From the NCBI GenBank assembly GCA_965235115.1, contig OZ249436.1:58280001-58344000 (forward strand): a stretch of 64,000 nt of DNA. The letters run 5' to 3'. Within the stretch, counting starts at the first letter, position 1. Every line of letters starts with the position of its first letter. The notes under the pieces were generated by a model. It saw only the letters and a program-made list of their open reading frames with translations, did not search any database and had not been told where the DNA came from. The position numbers and the translations under genes are program-made. Shown piece after piece: positions 25,448-39,012 of this stretch. The stretch is from Laetmonice hystrix (Eukaryota).

Positions 25448-27502
25448 CGATCAATATACATATATGACAGTTCTTAACATAAGATCCTCTCTAAAACCTT
25501 TCGATACAGACATCATGAACACGCCGCGCGTCTGTGGACGTAAAACCTTCCGGCTATAGGACAGAACCTGTATTTATGGAGTTCCTCTCCCCCATATAAC
25601 AGCTTGCGACGCCCATTGCCGACACACCTTTCAGGTGATCCAGATTACGGGGCCCTACCTTTGTGCCGGTCGGTGAAGACCACTAAGAGATTCCTGCTCT
25701 TTCTTTGGTTGTATAAATGCTAATGCTGTAATCTAAGTGACAAGACGCGGGAGAAAATTATAATTTGGCCAAGTAACCAGGGAACCAATCAAGAAATGTC
25801 GGAGATTACTCCAGGTGCACGTTATTTCAGCACGCTCTAGTGTTAGTAATTAGTTATGAACTTGAATGATTCTCACTTCAAATGATCACCTCTCAAAGAA
25901 TGTCATATTAACAGTGAATGTCATATTTTTGCATTCACAAAGTCATACGAGGTAAGCATCTCTTGGATGAGCATGTCTCTTTATATTTGGCTCCACATCA
26001 GCACAATTAGCAGTGTGTACGAGGAACATCAATTATCAGGATAACAAAACGCACATGGCTGGCGGCAGGTTACCACTCATAACTGGCTGATACACGATTC
26101 AGCTTTAATAATCTACCTCCAGTAACATAATGTGAAATAACAGAATTAAGGTTGAGCCTGAACGCATGAAGTTTCGTAAGAGCGAAACCTCTACCGCAAG
26201 GCGTTTGGTTTTGTTGAGGTGATAAGTCACCATGTGATCGCCAGGATCGGCCTTGCTCAGCCAGACGGTGGTATGAATCTTTGATGCTGCAGCTGTTCCT
26301 GAGTACCATATTTGCCGGAGGTTGAAGGATGAGATTGAAACTATGAGCTGATTACATGGATGGCACCGAAAGTTTGGAGGAGGGTTCTAGATCTGAGGTA
26401 GGCCTACACAGTTCTACCCTGCAGTGCCGCAGCACCACAAGCTACCTTCAATCCGAGAGATGAGATTATACCTGCATACTTCATCTCTCTCCGGTCAATG
26501 TGGCTAGTGGCACTTATCCCTTTCACCCTGTACAACCAATACGGGTCTTCACTCACATCTGTTCAGCTCAATAGGATTAGCGGGTAAAAGAAGTATGCTG
26601 GGAAGGGGCTGGGAATGAGGGGTGGGGAGGTGTGTAAAGGGGAGCTGGGGTTATCACTAGAGACGGACACAACTCTTGAGTATGTCTGCAACAAATTTTC
26701 TTCTGCAAGTCCAAGCTTGATCTGATCGCTTGCCTTTATGTTCGCTTCGACGAGGACAGTATACACAATGGTGACATAGCCCACAGCTATGGACAGACAG
26801 CTGGCCAAGGGCCGTTCAGAAAGTCTAATAACATATCTAATAAAAAAAATTGATGAGGCCGATCATGTTTGACGCTGCTAATATAATGAAAAGTAGTGCA
26901 AACGCCACGTACAATTAAATTTCATTAATTGAAACCTTGCAGTTTTCTGAAACACTGGTTAACTTTAAGGAAGACATTTCAATGGCTGCGATCTGTCATC
27001 TAATGGCTGCGATATGTTATCTAATGCAAAGTTATTGACATCATAGTTCTGTATCCACCTTCAAGTGTTAGCGGAAATTTATTTGGCATTAATCATTAAT
27101 CACATATTCAAAACCTGAAGAACCGTAGACTTTCTGGAAAATGGCCGAAAGCCACAACATGCCATGAATATAAGAAAATTTCGGATGTTCTTTTAAAACA
27201 ACTTCTTAGATAAAAAACGAAAGATGTAGAGGCACTAAATATTCTCAGATGGAAGATAGCAACGTGTACTATCTAGGATGAGAACCAATTCAGACACACT
27301 CGACTGCAGTCGACTTGCAGACACCGTGGGCCATTCTGTGTTCCCTCAATATGTGACCTGTCTGCCCCGATTATCTAGGCGGGCAAAGATTACAACTACT
27401 GCGGGGACCATCATCCTACACACCCGGTCTCCTCCTCTTGCTCGGCCCATCCCTCTACGTCTTTACAACGTCGGCCAAACAGGAAACTGCTACCGTGCTT
27501 AC

Positions 27503-27613
27503 CAACTCCGTCACCATTCTGACAGACTGACCACAATCTTCAAACTGACAGCAGCAATCACATTCGGATTCTGATGCGCCATTCTCGGCGGTGGTTGTGT
27601 CTGCGCCAGCCAT
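27503..27613 (-). CDS. Candidate first coding exon of an unidentified host gene (37 codons, MAGADTTTAENGASESECDCCCQFEDCGQSVRMVTEL)
   Basis: Strong Kozak context (act ATG G), ETS-type CACTTCCGG about 15 nt upstream, phase-0 donor TTG|GTAAGC at 27502. No downstream exon could be linked. Confidence 0.45.
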
Positions 27614-30600
27614 AGTTAACAGAGGAACCGGAAGTGGCAATAGGCGACACCAACGTGATTTACTCTACTTGCAGTGCCTGATTTATCTGGTAGTGATCGA
27701 GAAGGGACAATACGCTAATGGTCCCCTTATGTTGAGGGCGGATCGCAAGGAATACTTTTAACACTCCAAGGAGTCACATCTGTCGCTTTATCAACGCCCA
27801 GTGGATTCAGCCTCTTGTCAATGGTAACCAATCTTGTCGATGACCCGTGTGTCTGATTGGTTTAAATATTACCCGACATACAATTTTGGGCTCATTTATT
27901 TGAAGGTCAATACTTTCTAATGATCATCTGAAATTCGCAGAGTGCAAAAGATTCTCTCGAGTGCAATAGTGGAGCTGAACCTGATATAATTCCCCATGAA
28001 AGTTGAAAGCTTGTTGTGGATCAATAGCAATTAATGTGGAGAGTTTGCCTGACGAAGTCAAATGCAATTGTGCTTCAAGTGAACCAACCACAAAAGAACT
28101 TCTGCTCGGAGAATTGGATGAGACTTATGTCAATTGATGGAGAGACAAGATAATCCAAGATGGGACTGGCAGTGTTTAAAATTATTACCCATTCCTTGCA
28201 AAACACTGAGATCTTGGTGTGCTCCACTTGGCGAAATCCAATTCAACCCATTGCGACTGAAAGAAAATCTCCATCAGTCTATCACTCACGGGGGGCAATG
28301 GAGTCCCTGAAAGGCCTGCTGCCTTTAACGCCCGGTGCCCGATTATGCGTCACTAAAGGTTTCTAACTTTATATGGCCCTCTCGATGCCTTGAGATAAGG
28401 CCAATTAGATACCTACACGGACAGGGATTTTCATGGCTAAGTAGAGCAAATGATTTTTTCATATGAGCCGTAACAAAAACGGCGCAATCCGAATTGGATC
28501 AATTTGTATATGTGTGTAATTAACGGTGACAGGCCGGGAAGCCCTCGGCTGGGTGTCTGAGATGACAGTGACCAATATGCGTCCCTCCGAAGGCACTTGA
28601 AATGCCAGGGGCACGCCAATCCACAGCTAAAGTGAGGCTCCCATAGTTTGCACTACTGCAAATATTTAGATGTCATCTTTTATCAGAGAAGATCATTCAG
28701 TTGACGGTGGTCCTAACAAAACTTAATTCAGTTGCAAAAGCAGCTAATAGCCAGGGTAACAAAGTCTTTCCAATACCACAGATCAGAAACTAATAGCCAT
28801 AATCAGATCTAACCGCCCTCAAAAAGGAATAACATAGAGTTCAAATAATCGATATGACTTTCAAAAGAAGGAATCTCAGAACTGCCTAAATTCTACGTGT
28901 CCCGAGATCTACAATGTACAATCAGAGTATCAGGTAACTGCATATCCACGTCTCCCATGACGATAGGATATAAATATAATTTACAGAAATGTTTTGTTCT
29001 GCATTTTTCAAATATCAAATTGTGTAATGTTTGCGCTTTAGTCTAGCTTAACCCATTCGAAAGCGGCAGGGTACAAGTCCATGACATGATTTTATCATCC
29101 TATTTCAATTACAGCAGAAATACAGGACATTGGCAGTACAGCAGTGGAATATAAGCCGGGGGTGAGGTCGTGTTGCGTGCAGCCATACAGGTTCCAGCCA
29201 ATGATGGACACTGGACGGGCCCGCCTCATTCAGGACAGGCAACTTTAAACCACCTCAGTCCCTCGTATATAATACACTTGTGATGATTCCTATTCTGCTG
29301 ACCGGCTCTGGCTTGTGGAGCACTCGGGGAGCACAATGTCATGAACGACTTTGATGTTCATCAGAATAATGTCCGAGAAAAAGACCTGACATGCTGACGC
29401 CAAATAGGCAGTTCTACCCCATGCGAGGGCTCTACATCATCTATCTATTATCTATTATGAATATAAGTATAATTACTGACATGGAACTATCTCACAAAGA
29501 ATTCTCCCCAGGTGACCTTTCCTTTCACCTTTGCTTAAATTTCCTATTTTATGCTAGTTTAGCACCCTGCCCATGTCTGTAAGCATAGTTGCTTACCTAC
29601 TATATACGAATTTTACTAGAGTCTCTTGGAAACAATAAAACATAACTTAAGGAATTGTGAAAGCAAACATCTCGAGTTTTCCAAATCCCCCAACAGCAAC
29701 TGAACAAAAACTGCAGCTTTTGTTCAAAAAGTAAATATCTGAGGGGAAATCATCCCCAGGGCCTCCATGAAAACATAATGATGTCGGGAAACACAAGGTG
29801 ACCCGCAAATGTTTCAAGCTAATAATTTGCATCAGGTGTACGGTCCACAGTATTGTTTCATTCTGACATTATTTACGCCACCCGACCCAACTATAGTCCA
29901 AATACTTCGGAGAGCTAATCAAATTAAGTTGCATCCAACCAAGATTGCAATGATCCTACTGGTTTAAATGTAATGAGCTCTGTACAATTATCTTTGTGCA
30001 TTTACTTGGAGCACTGCTCTCCCCATACAACGTACGTATACATATCGTCGACGGAGGTGACAGCACCTTTGCCCACATGTATTATTGCGACAGGTCAAAA
30101 GGTCTTTCAACTTTATTTATTTGTTTCATTACTGCGTTACCATGAGATATTGCTTCATTATTATAACCAATTTCACACTAGACTATTTAATTAGATATTT
30201 TGTGTGAATACATGTACCTCAAAATACAATAATATCACTACCAAGAACATTGACATCTGACACCAAGGCCGACGTTATAAAATGACTGGTTTTCAGATGA
30301 CAAAGGCTACACGATTGACAACTACATATCGAATGAAATCGTTTGAATGCGTTCATCCAGTGAACTACCAAAGAAAAAAACAATTTGTTATTAAAGGTGG
30401 GGGGGGGGGGGGGTGCGTGTTCAAGTACAAAAACATATCAGTTCTGGACATTGTTTCTCACTCCAAAATCTAAAATAAAGTCAGAAAATTACTCACATGA
30501 AATAATAAAACGTTCACATTCCACCAACTTAAACGAAAAATATCTTAACTAGATATTCTCATTACCGGATACCTTTCAATGATTTAACGTGTCTTCTCAA

Positions 30601-33600
30601 TCATAAAGTAATAAAGGTTCGTCTAGGTGAACGTATTTGTCATCATCATTCTGGACTCAAGTGGATCAGAGCGGCTGACAAGAGATCAGAATTCCCGTAA
30701 ACACTAATTCGATCATTCAAACAGATAATTCGCAACCTCCGAGTCCTTTGTAAAATGTTCTTAGCCCTGTCTTCTTCAGATTGACGTATTAGCAACGAAT
30801 TTTAACAACCCAAGACAATGAGATGCTAATTCCATGCATAAAAGGAAATAATTAGGACATTTGGAAAAGAATACTGGATGAACACCATCAGCTAGACGGT
30901 GACGCAATTACAGACTTTGAGTGATACTAATAGTCGCCTTAGAATGCAAAGACTTGGAGAAACGACTTAGCATCCTGAAATAATTTACATAACAGATGCA
31001 ATTTTATCTATTTTAGTGAGGCATTTCATCAATTCGATGTAAAACTACGAGATATTTTTGTTATGAGTCAGCCACCTAAATCAGGCAGACCGAAGAACGG
31101 ATCTCGTGGATTAATATTGAAGAATGACTGCAGTTCCTCCGAGCAGAGCTGTCGGCATTCCACTAATTGTCTGCCAACTATTCCCTAGTGCATTATAGCA
31201 CTAGCCCGAGTTATAACATTGCCAGATCATCAATACTACATTTACTGATCATCGCCTTGGGATTTTTCTCTTGCGACCAAACAAAAAAAACAAGTCGAAG
31301 GCAAACTGTCAGCAAATATTACTTTGTCTGTCAGCTAAATGTTGGCTTTCGTTTAATTACATTTCACTCCGTCTTCCCCCTTTTCCAAAGGCCTAATTAG
31401 GAGATACTAGAGGCACGGGTCCATGCTTGAGTCGAGCTATTACCTGCTGTTTTGCTACCTATTCTTAATGACCCATGGAGGGCGTGACGTCCTCGTTAAA
31501 GTGCCCCCTGTGGGATGGCCAGAGTCCAGCTAACAAGACGGGACAAGGCAGGTGTCAGAAATCTCCTGTGGCCACTAATGCACGCTTCTCCAGTGAACAC
31601 CCACAAGTGCCGTGGATGGAGGGAGAGTTTTTGGCCAATCGCATCTCGAACGGCAGCACGACAAGCACACGCTCATACCTAGGGACCATGTTTGTGGGAG
31701 GGGTGCCGGGGGATGGCGAGTGGAGTGCCGGGAACGCGATGTCCAACAGCAGGCAGTGAGAGCCTTGAGGACTCCTCGTGCCTGACTGAGTGCACCGACC
31801 TGGGATGATCACGTGGGATGAGTCGCGGACCCCTGTGTGCCTGCGGCCCTTTCTGTTGATTGGTCACTCTCCATCCTTTCCCGAGGGCCTCCTGAACGTG
31901 GTCACTTGGGCATCACACCCCTTAATAATTGTTCTATGGACGCAGCCCACTTCCATGATTTGCATCAAGAACGGTCAAGGCCATTCACAACCATATTACA
32001 CGCTAAAGGCCAAGCAAAGTGATTCATATTTATTTGTTTCACAGGTTCAGTCTCGTTTAATTCTGATAGAAGTGCATTAAGGTAACAAAAGAAAGAGAAT
32101 AAATTAGACGATATTCATATAATCCCGATGTTGTCACGGATTAATCCGTGTAATCGTCGACTTCTGGCAGAATATAATCCATCTTCTTCCAACGTACAAA
32201 TACAACGGCAGCCAATATATTGTAGTAATGGTTGTTATACCTTAACTATAGCCATCATTGTTACGAATGTAAATACAAATAAATATAAACATTTTAGCAC
32301 TTATTTCGTTTGACAGAAAGACATAATCTTCCCTCTTGAGGCTGACGTAATTACTGAATACTTGTAATATATCCAGGTACTATTCTATGAGCTGGTTTTG
32401 TTTGCATTCCGAATTTTTTCTCATCTTCCGAGCACCTGGCAGGCACAATAAATGGTTAAACGTGTTCATAAACAGGAAGTGTACGCTTGGCTATTTGGAT
32501 TGTGTATGTCATATCGATTGGTTATCTAAGAAGGAAACCGTCCCCCATCGCCTCATTATTCCTCCAATTATTCATGACCTTAGATTACGTGTTTAAGTCT
32601 TTCAAACAAATCTAGTATCGACGGAATGAAAGCAGTGATCTTTTAGTTTACATGCACAAACGAATCGTGCACAAAAGAAATGAGCCCTTCGTACTGACAA
32701 GGGTCCTTCCAATTATCAAGAATGAAGTTGACATTGGTTTGACTCCATTGTTTGACATTATAAGTGATAACCTAACGAAATAATATAATGTCAAATGATG
32801 GCGGCAGGATGAAGTCCCTCATCTTGTCGAGGAGGTCGATGAACTAATCTATTTAATGAGATTTCAAACACAGCCAGACTCATAGACTAGTCACCCTAGA
32901 TTATTGTACGGATCCTAAACAGCTAATTATGCTTTAAAAGCTCTTGCGTACTTATGTTTCAAACACTAGAGACTATACAAGTTAGAACACTTGGTAAGTA
33001 AGAAGTCTACAAACTTCTATTTTATCGAGGGCATTCAATTGAACACTGGTTAATAATACCTAGATTTCAATTTGCTATTATTGTCTCCCAGATATATTCT
33101 GTGCAGATTTTAACAAAATGAACTCCATGAGCTATATCTATCCATGGAAAAACAAAGATTGGAATTAATTCCAATCAAACATGTTTTCTTATAAAATTCT
33201 GAGGTTGAACTGATCACAAAAATTATCACAGTCATTCTTCGAGCCCGATCAAATCTAAATTATCAGCTGTTTGGTGAACTTTTTCACTTTCTTCACGTCG
33301 TAGCACAACATTTGATATTTAGTGCCGTGATCTTGTATGAATGATTCAGTACTTTGACGATTCGTTCTGCGGCTGTCAAGCAATGCAAAATACAAGAATG
33401 CGAGACTCCGGTATTCCTAACGCTGACTAACCCAGAAACTTCTAATCTAATAAGAAGCATTAGATTCATCATGTCATACTCTAATAAGCAAAGGCTGTAC
33501 TTCATTGCATATATCTTCAATTTCTGTTAAAGAAGAAGATTGAAATTAACGTGCGCCTACTGTATTTAAAGCCTGAAGTGTATGCCAACACCGCCAGGCA

Positions 33601-34499
33601 ATACCCGTTCAATTAAGGACAAAGCACAAATAATTCCAATCACATAACACCTAGAAGTCACATAAATTTCCTAGCCATTGACAAAGTACTCCCATCAGAA
33701 TTCACTCTTGTTGGGGGTCATTCACGAGTGTGTCATAAATTGTTTGTAATGCCTGTCATGAAAGCATGAGTTACTGCTATTATATATTGGTAGTGATCAT
33801 CTGGGGCCTCACTGCCGTCAACAGCTCAGTACTCCCTCAATCTGTACGTGTGCCATCCATACCACCATCACGGCTCTAATAAGGCACCATCGCCTCGAAT
33901 CTGGAACAATCCCTCCCCCCTTAACCATCCAAGATCTACTACTGCCCACACGTCGAATCATATCTATCTACACGTGACGACAGTCCTAGGCGTGGCACGA
34001 GTTTTAAATTTCTAACAGGATATGATCCGTCATTTAGGTCTCCCGTTAACACGCCAGTGTCCTCACTGAGAAATTGCTTTAAGTTTACAGAAAATTATCA
34101 AAATAATGACTACTAACCTATTATGATAGGAATCTTTTTTTCTACTGTTGTTTTTCTAGGAATGATAGCAATAAGCACGTCAGGTTATTGATGGCACATT
34201 TATTTATCTTCCATTTCACAGTGAAATTATGATGTGACTAACCTTGTTCACCCAGCCAGAACAATATGTAAATATTATGCAAATTACGGCCCGGAAATTG
34301 TGCTTGGAGATTCCCCACATTAATCTCCTGTCGTGACTGACTTCTGACCCCTGAAGCTGCCACGACAGCCACACCAGCCGCCACAGCAGCAGGAACAGCA
34401 GGACACCTGTGATGGAAACAATCCAGAGAACATTCAATATCCGTTTTCATTACACCGAGGTGCGCGCCCCCAAATCCTGCCCCGTTCATCGTGCGCTAG

Positions 34500-34573
34500 T
34501 TTGACGACCTGATTGAGGGCAAAACATTCCAGGACAAACATCGGTGGCATTATGTGGGCACCGGATGTGGGCG
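34500..34573 (+). other. Isolated candidate exon (FDDLIEGKTFQDKHRWHYVGTGCG)
   Basis: ctag| acceptor and CG|GTGAGC donor around an open, GC3-rich frame. No recognised domain. Confidence 0.25.
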
Positions 34574-35507
34574 GTGAGCAGTGACAGCGTCTCTCAACAC
34601 GTCGCCTGGCCTGCTCCAGAATGACCACGGATCAGGGAGAGGCTTCCTGCCGGCCGGCCGACCACTTCAAGGATGGTCACTGACCAGGTCACAACAGATC
34701 AACCCCGGGTCACGGTTAAGTGCAGAAAGGAAGCGCTCACAAGATGCGAGAACCCAGCGTGACATAATCGAATAATGGTGATTCATTCACTCCACATTCA
34801 ATGTTCTTTCTGTCCGCACAAGGACTATTCACGAAGTATGACTATCGGCGACGACTTCGTCCTCTCCGAGCCCTGCTCCGCCTCTTGCGGGGATCAATAG
34901 TTATGGATCCTTACTCTTACTGTGCCCTCCCGCCACCTGCGTCATCCTGCACCTGCATAACACTGCCTGCATCGTTTCTTGTAGGTATACCATGTGCTAG
35001 CCCTAGACCAATGTGACCCCCAGGTGACTGCTTCCCACTTTTTGTCCTGATAGATTGACTCTGTGTCCCAACTTCAAAAGGACTCTCGTCTGAATTACAA
35101 CTCAGTGACTGAATCGTTCTAGGATGTCATTTGGACGGATATCTCCATGATTTTAATCTTCGAAGCATAACCTCTATAATAAGATCTGCCTAATATAATC
35201 AAGTTAATCTTCCCATTTTTGTGGTCTTGATAAAGATACATGATTCACTTGACTGAGTGTCGTCCCAGTTGCCAGCAAACAGGGACTGACATCGCGGGTC
35301 GTTAAAACTATACCTCCAATGCGAACTCACTGCTATGTACAATTCGTCTTGAATCATGCCGTTTGATCAAATTGCTGTATTCCTTCTCGTCAAACCACTC
35401 CACTGCTCACTTTTTTGATTTTTATCCCATATATTTAATAAATCAGACGTTTGAAAAATCGAACCGAGCAGTTTGATTTCCGTTGCCTGCAATGTTGTCA
35501 GTCCTAA

Positions 35508-35642
35508 TGCGCATGCGCACTGAAGGCCGGTAGGGGAGCATATCATCACACAAGGAACCAAGCACTCCTCCATTATGGCCCGAGATCCGGGCCCCCTTCT
35601 TAGATAATAACTGCTCCCTTCGTTTATTTAAAATGGCCGCCA
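35508..35642. promoter_or_regulatory. Promoter-like motif cluster (NRF1 palindrome, YY1-like site)
   Basis: Perfect TGCGCATGCGCA at 35508-35519 and AAAATGGCCGCC ending near 35641; GTTTGAAAAATC occurs on both sides (near 35448 and 35671). Confidence 0.35.
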
Positions 35643-38600
35643 CCCGTGACGATGTCGAAGTGCCCGCTTCGTTTGAAAAATCACCTTAATCTGCTCTGTA
35701 GAAGGACTTGAGCTAAATTCATTGCACTCAACGGCTGAAGGTAAAGGCAAAACTTCATTTGAAATGATTGGTTATGTGTGAGCAAGCCTCTCATTCCGCG
35801 AGAGATTCAAAATCTCTCATGGGCATAGCCTTGGCTATAGACCGAGTATAGGAGGCCTATTACAGAGGCAAATGATTCACCAACTATCCTGTATACTGGT
35901 AAGATGATTAGAGTGAAGGATATTACCTAGGCTGTAATACTGTTAAGTTTGAATTCCCATGGATCAACATGGAACATTATGAGGTTAACCACATCATTAA
36001 TTTACACATTCTGCACATGTACCTCTTCTAGGCTTCCTTAGTCCTCTTATACCAGCAGCGCTTTCATCCAACGATTCAAAAGTAGTCGTCTTACCTTATA
36101 AGATTTTCACGGATTCGTTTAAAAAAAATTTTTTTGAATCGCCTTCATATTTAGTAGCGTAAAAAGGTGGTTAAAGTGTAACACAGCTGCAATGATAACT
36201 GCTTTTCATCCATTGGTTACCAGTCTTTCAACTAAAGCGTAAAGAACAAAGTATGTACACAATAAAAGTTAATGAATTATTGCTGAATATCGTAATGATA
36301 TTTCCTTGAAAACCTCACAAAATGAGAGACCATTCATCTACACACAGTAATTACGGCATTCCCTCTTGGTTTCCCAATAAAGACTGCATGAAAACAATCA
36401 AGTAATTGCTGTTCTGCCCGACCACAAGAAACCATTGATTCGACAAAATTAGAGAGTAAAATTAACTTTCCGTTATCCTCCATGCTTTGAGGCGGTGAAT
36501 AAAGAAGGGCAGCTAATAGGAAGCCAGTCTGATGGCTGATGTTTGATTTAGGCGATAATCCCTTGTTATCAACTCAATTTAAGCAATTTTCCTAGTAATT
36601 TATTAGCTATCAATAAAGTATGTGGTCGTTTCTATGAGACACGTTTCATTCTCTGCTAAGACGCCGGATTGAAATCCCAGCTTACTTAAATTTTAAATTA
36701 GCAACATATTTGGGCCTGATTTGTAATTATGATTTCTTCGACTATGGCCTTTATTACCTCGACAATAACGGCAGGCTCTAACAACGCACAATCTCGTCAC
36801 TATTCTTCTCTGACCGCTCGGTTGGGCCTTATAATATCCGGTGTTACTTAATACAGCAAAGCTTCTACGTATTAGAACACTACTTCACTTATATTCTTAA
36901 CTAAAATGAGGTCACTTATTTGTTAGATTGCATGATATATTCATGCATAGAGAATGCCCTAAGCCGTGCCCTTCTGTTGTAATTGCCACTTTAACATTTG
37001 AAATTTCACAGTGACGATTCGGTCTTCATCAGAATTCAGTACACAATTCTGAAGCCAATGTGATAAGGTTGCTCCATATAAAAGAACCATGGGACCTCCA
37101 TGTGATAAGAATAGCTTCTCTAGCACCCTGTTCACTGAGCCTCTCCTACAGCAAGTCAGACGCTGGCCAAATCAAAAAATAAGGTCACAGTTGTCAAGGA
37201 GCCTTGGTCTTGGTTCATTAGCGGAGTCCGTGCGACTGGTCTGCGTCGCCCCGACACGAGACAACCCCTGGCTTCTTAAAGCTAACCACAGACAGACGAA
37301 CACGTTGAAACATTCTGCTAGTTGACATTCTAATTCAGAAATGGGTGGGATTTAAAAAAATCCGTTGGTTTCTGCTCTATGATCTTGAGGACAAATGCTC
37401 CTGTTCGCTACGTCAGAAAACCTGAAGTACTAAAACCTCATGTATGGAAACACTTTCGCCTGGAATATCATACATCGAGGGCAGCAAACTCAGCTTTGCC
37501 TGATCCCACAGGTCAAGAGGGATCAATATGATCCAATTTGATACCGCTATAGTCCCGTGGATGTCTTAATAATTATCTTTACTTGTCCTACTGTGGCTAA
37601 TGTATTTATAACCATGATAAGTGTTAGGAGAATCTAGACGACACAGGTCTGATTTAGGAAATTTCTTAAAAGAAATGCTCAAAGCCTTGTGTACTTTATG
37701 TGAATGAAGTTCAGACAACAGTGAATATGATTTAATCATAGAGATGAAAAGAAGTACAACGTAATTCAATATCACCTTGTTTTGCGAACACATTCCATTT
37801 CTGAAATGTAGCTGCCGAGGCTGAAATCAATAAAATTCGCCTCTTGAGTTAGCAGAGAAGCACCCCCTCCCCTCCACACGTATCACCCTGTGGCCTTGTA
37901 TGGATATTAGCTTCTTGTCTGGTTTTATGTCAATACATTGTGGTAATACGATAATACTCGTCTTAGTGCACAGACTTACAAGCGTAACAAACTCCCTGAG
38001 GTAAATGTAAAATTCTTGTCACCAGCACGCATTCAGACTGAAATCAGTTCAATCTGGTTCAAGTCAGTGTTGGAACACTTTGGATAACTAACTATAACCG
38101 GAGACGTATTTGTCGTGGCATTGGTACAATCTGTGATAGGTGCAATCATCACCCCTACAACTAGTAGGAATTCCGGAATTTATGCCAATTGATATTTAGT
38201 ACTACGTCATCAGAAGGACAATCCCCGATAAGCCACCCTGCCGAAAATTATGTTTATGGTTGCGTGATTATTCTGTACAAACACTTAAAATTCATGAAGT
38301 ATTAAAATACTGAGAAGAAACAACAACAAAAACGTAAAGACATCTGGCACTTGTTATCTGCAGTCAATAAATCAATTTTAAAAATCCAAATAGATTGGTC
38401 TATCGTGGAGCCTTGTCTGCAGGTGGCTGTTTGGTCTGACATTCAAAAAACCCCTAAAAGACATGTAACTCTTCTGCTGCGTCCTTCCCTGACAGCCATC
38501 TGCGTGGGCGATTCAAAGACTACAGGTGACCATTGACTGGATAACCCGTCCAGGTGAAGAAGAAGGCAGTGAAGTGACATAGGAACGGCCAGGAGGTCGG

Positions 38601-38892
38601 GAGATCAGGACAGATCGGCTGCTGCCTTGGCCCCTCTCCAGCAGGCCACCTCCACGCAGACAGCTCGCCTTTCCTCCGATCACCTTATGAGAATGTGATA
38701 CTTCAGTTGGCCTCTGTATCTGGGCGTCGAGGTCGGGGATGAGATGAGGCTATCGACACGGTCGCCATGCTGCTAGGAGAGGCGAGCATCGCTGAGCTGA
38801 ATCAGTGGTCAACGCTTCTCATCCTCTTGGAGCCACCTAAAACAGCCAATCCACTTGCACACAGAGCCGCTCCAGCCCCCCCCCCCCCCAAC

Positions 38893-39012
38893 AACACACA
38901 CACACCACCACCACCACCACCACCACGGCCATTCCCTTTCCCTGCCCCCCCCCAGCCCCACCCCCCACACCCAACACACACACCACCACCACCACGGCCA
39001 TTTCCTATCCCC
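38893..39012 (+). repeat. Duplicated (CA)n-(CCA)n-CGGCCATT compound microsatellite block
   Basis: Two copies of caacacacac-(cca)n-cggccatt-pyrimidine tract. The His/Pro-rich ORFs here are artefacts. Confidence 0.9.

Noticed and set aside
31530-31812. PIF1/Helitron helicase-like ALVATGDF*HLPCPV
   Set aside because: A single short motif with a stop; no Walker A/B motifs nearby.
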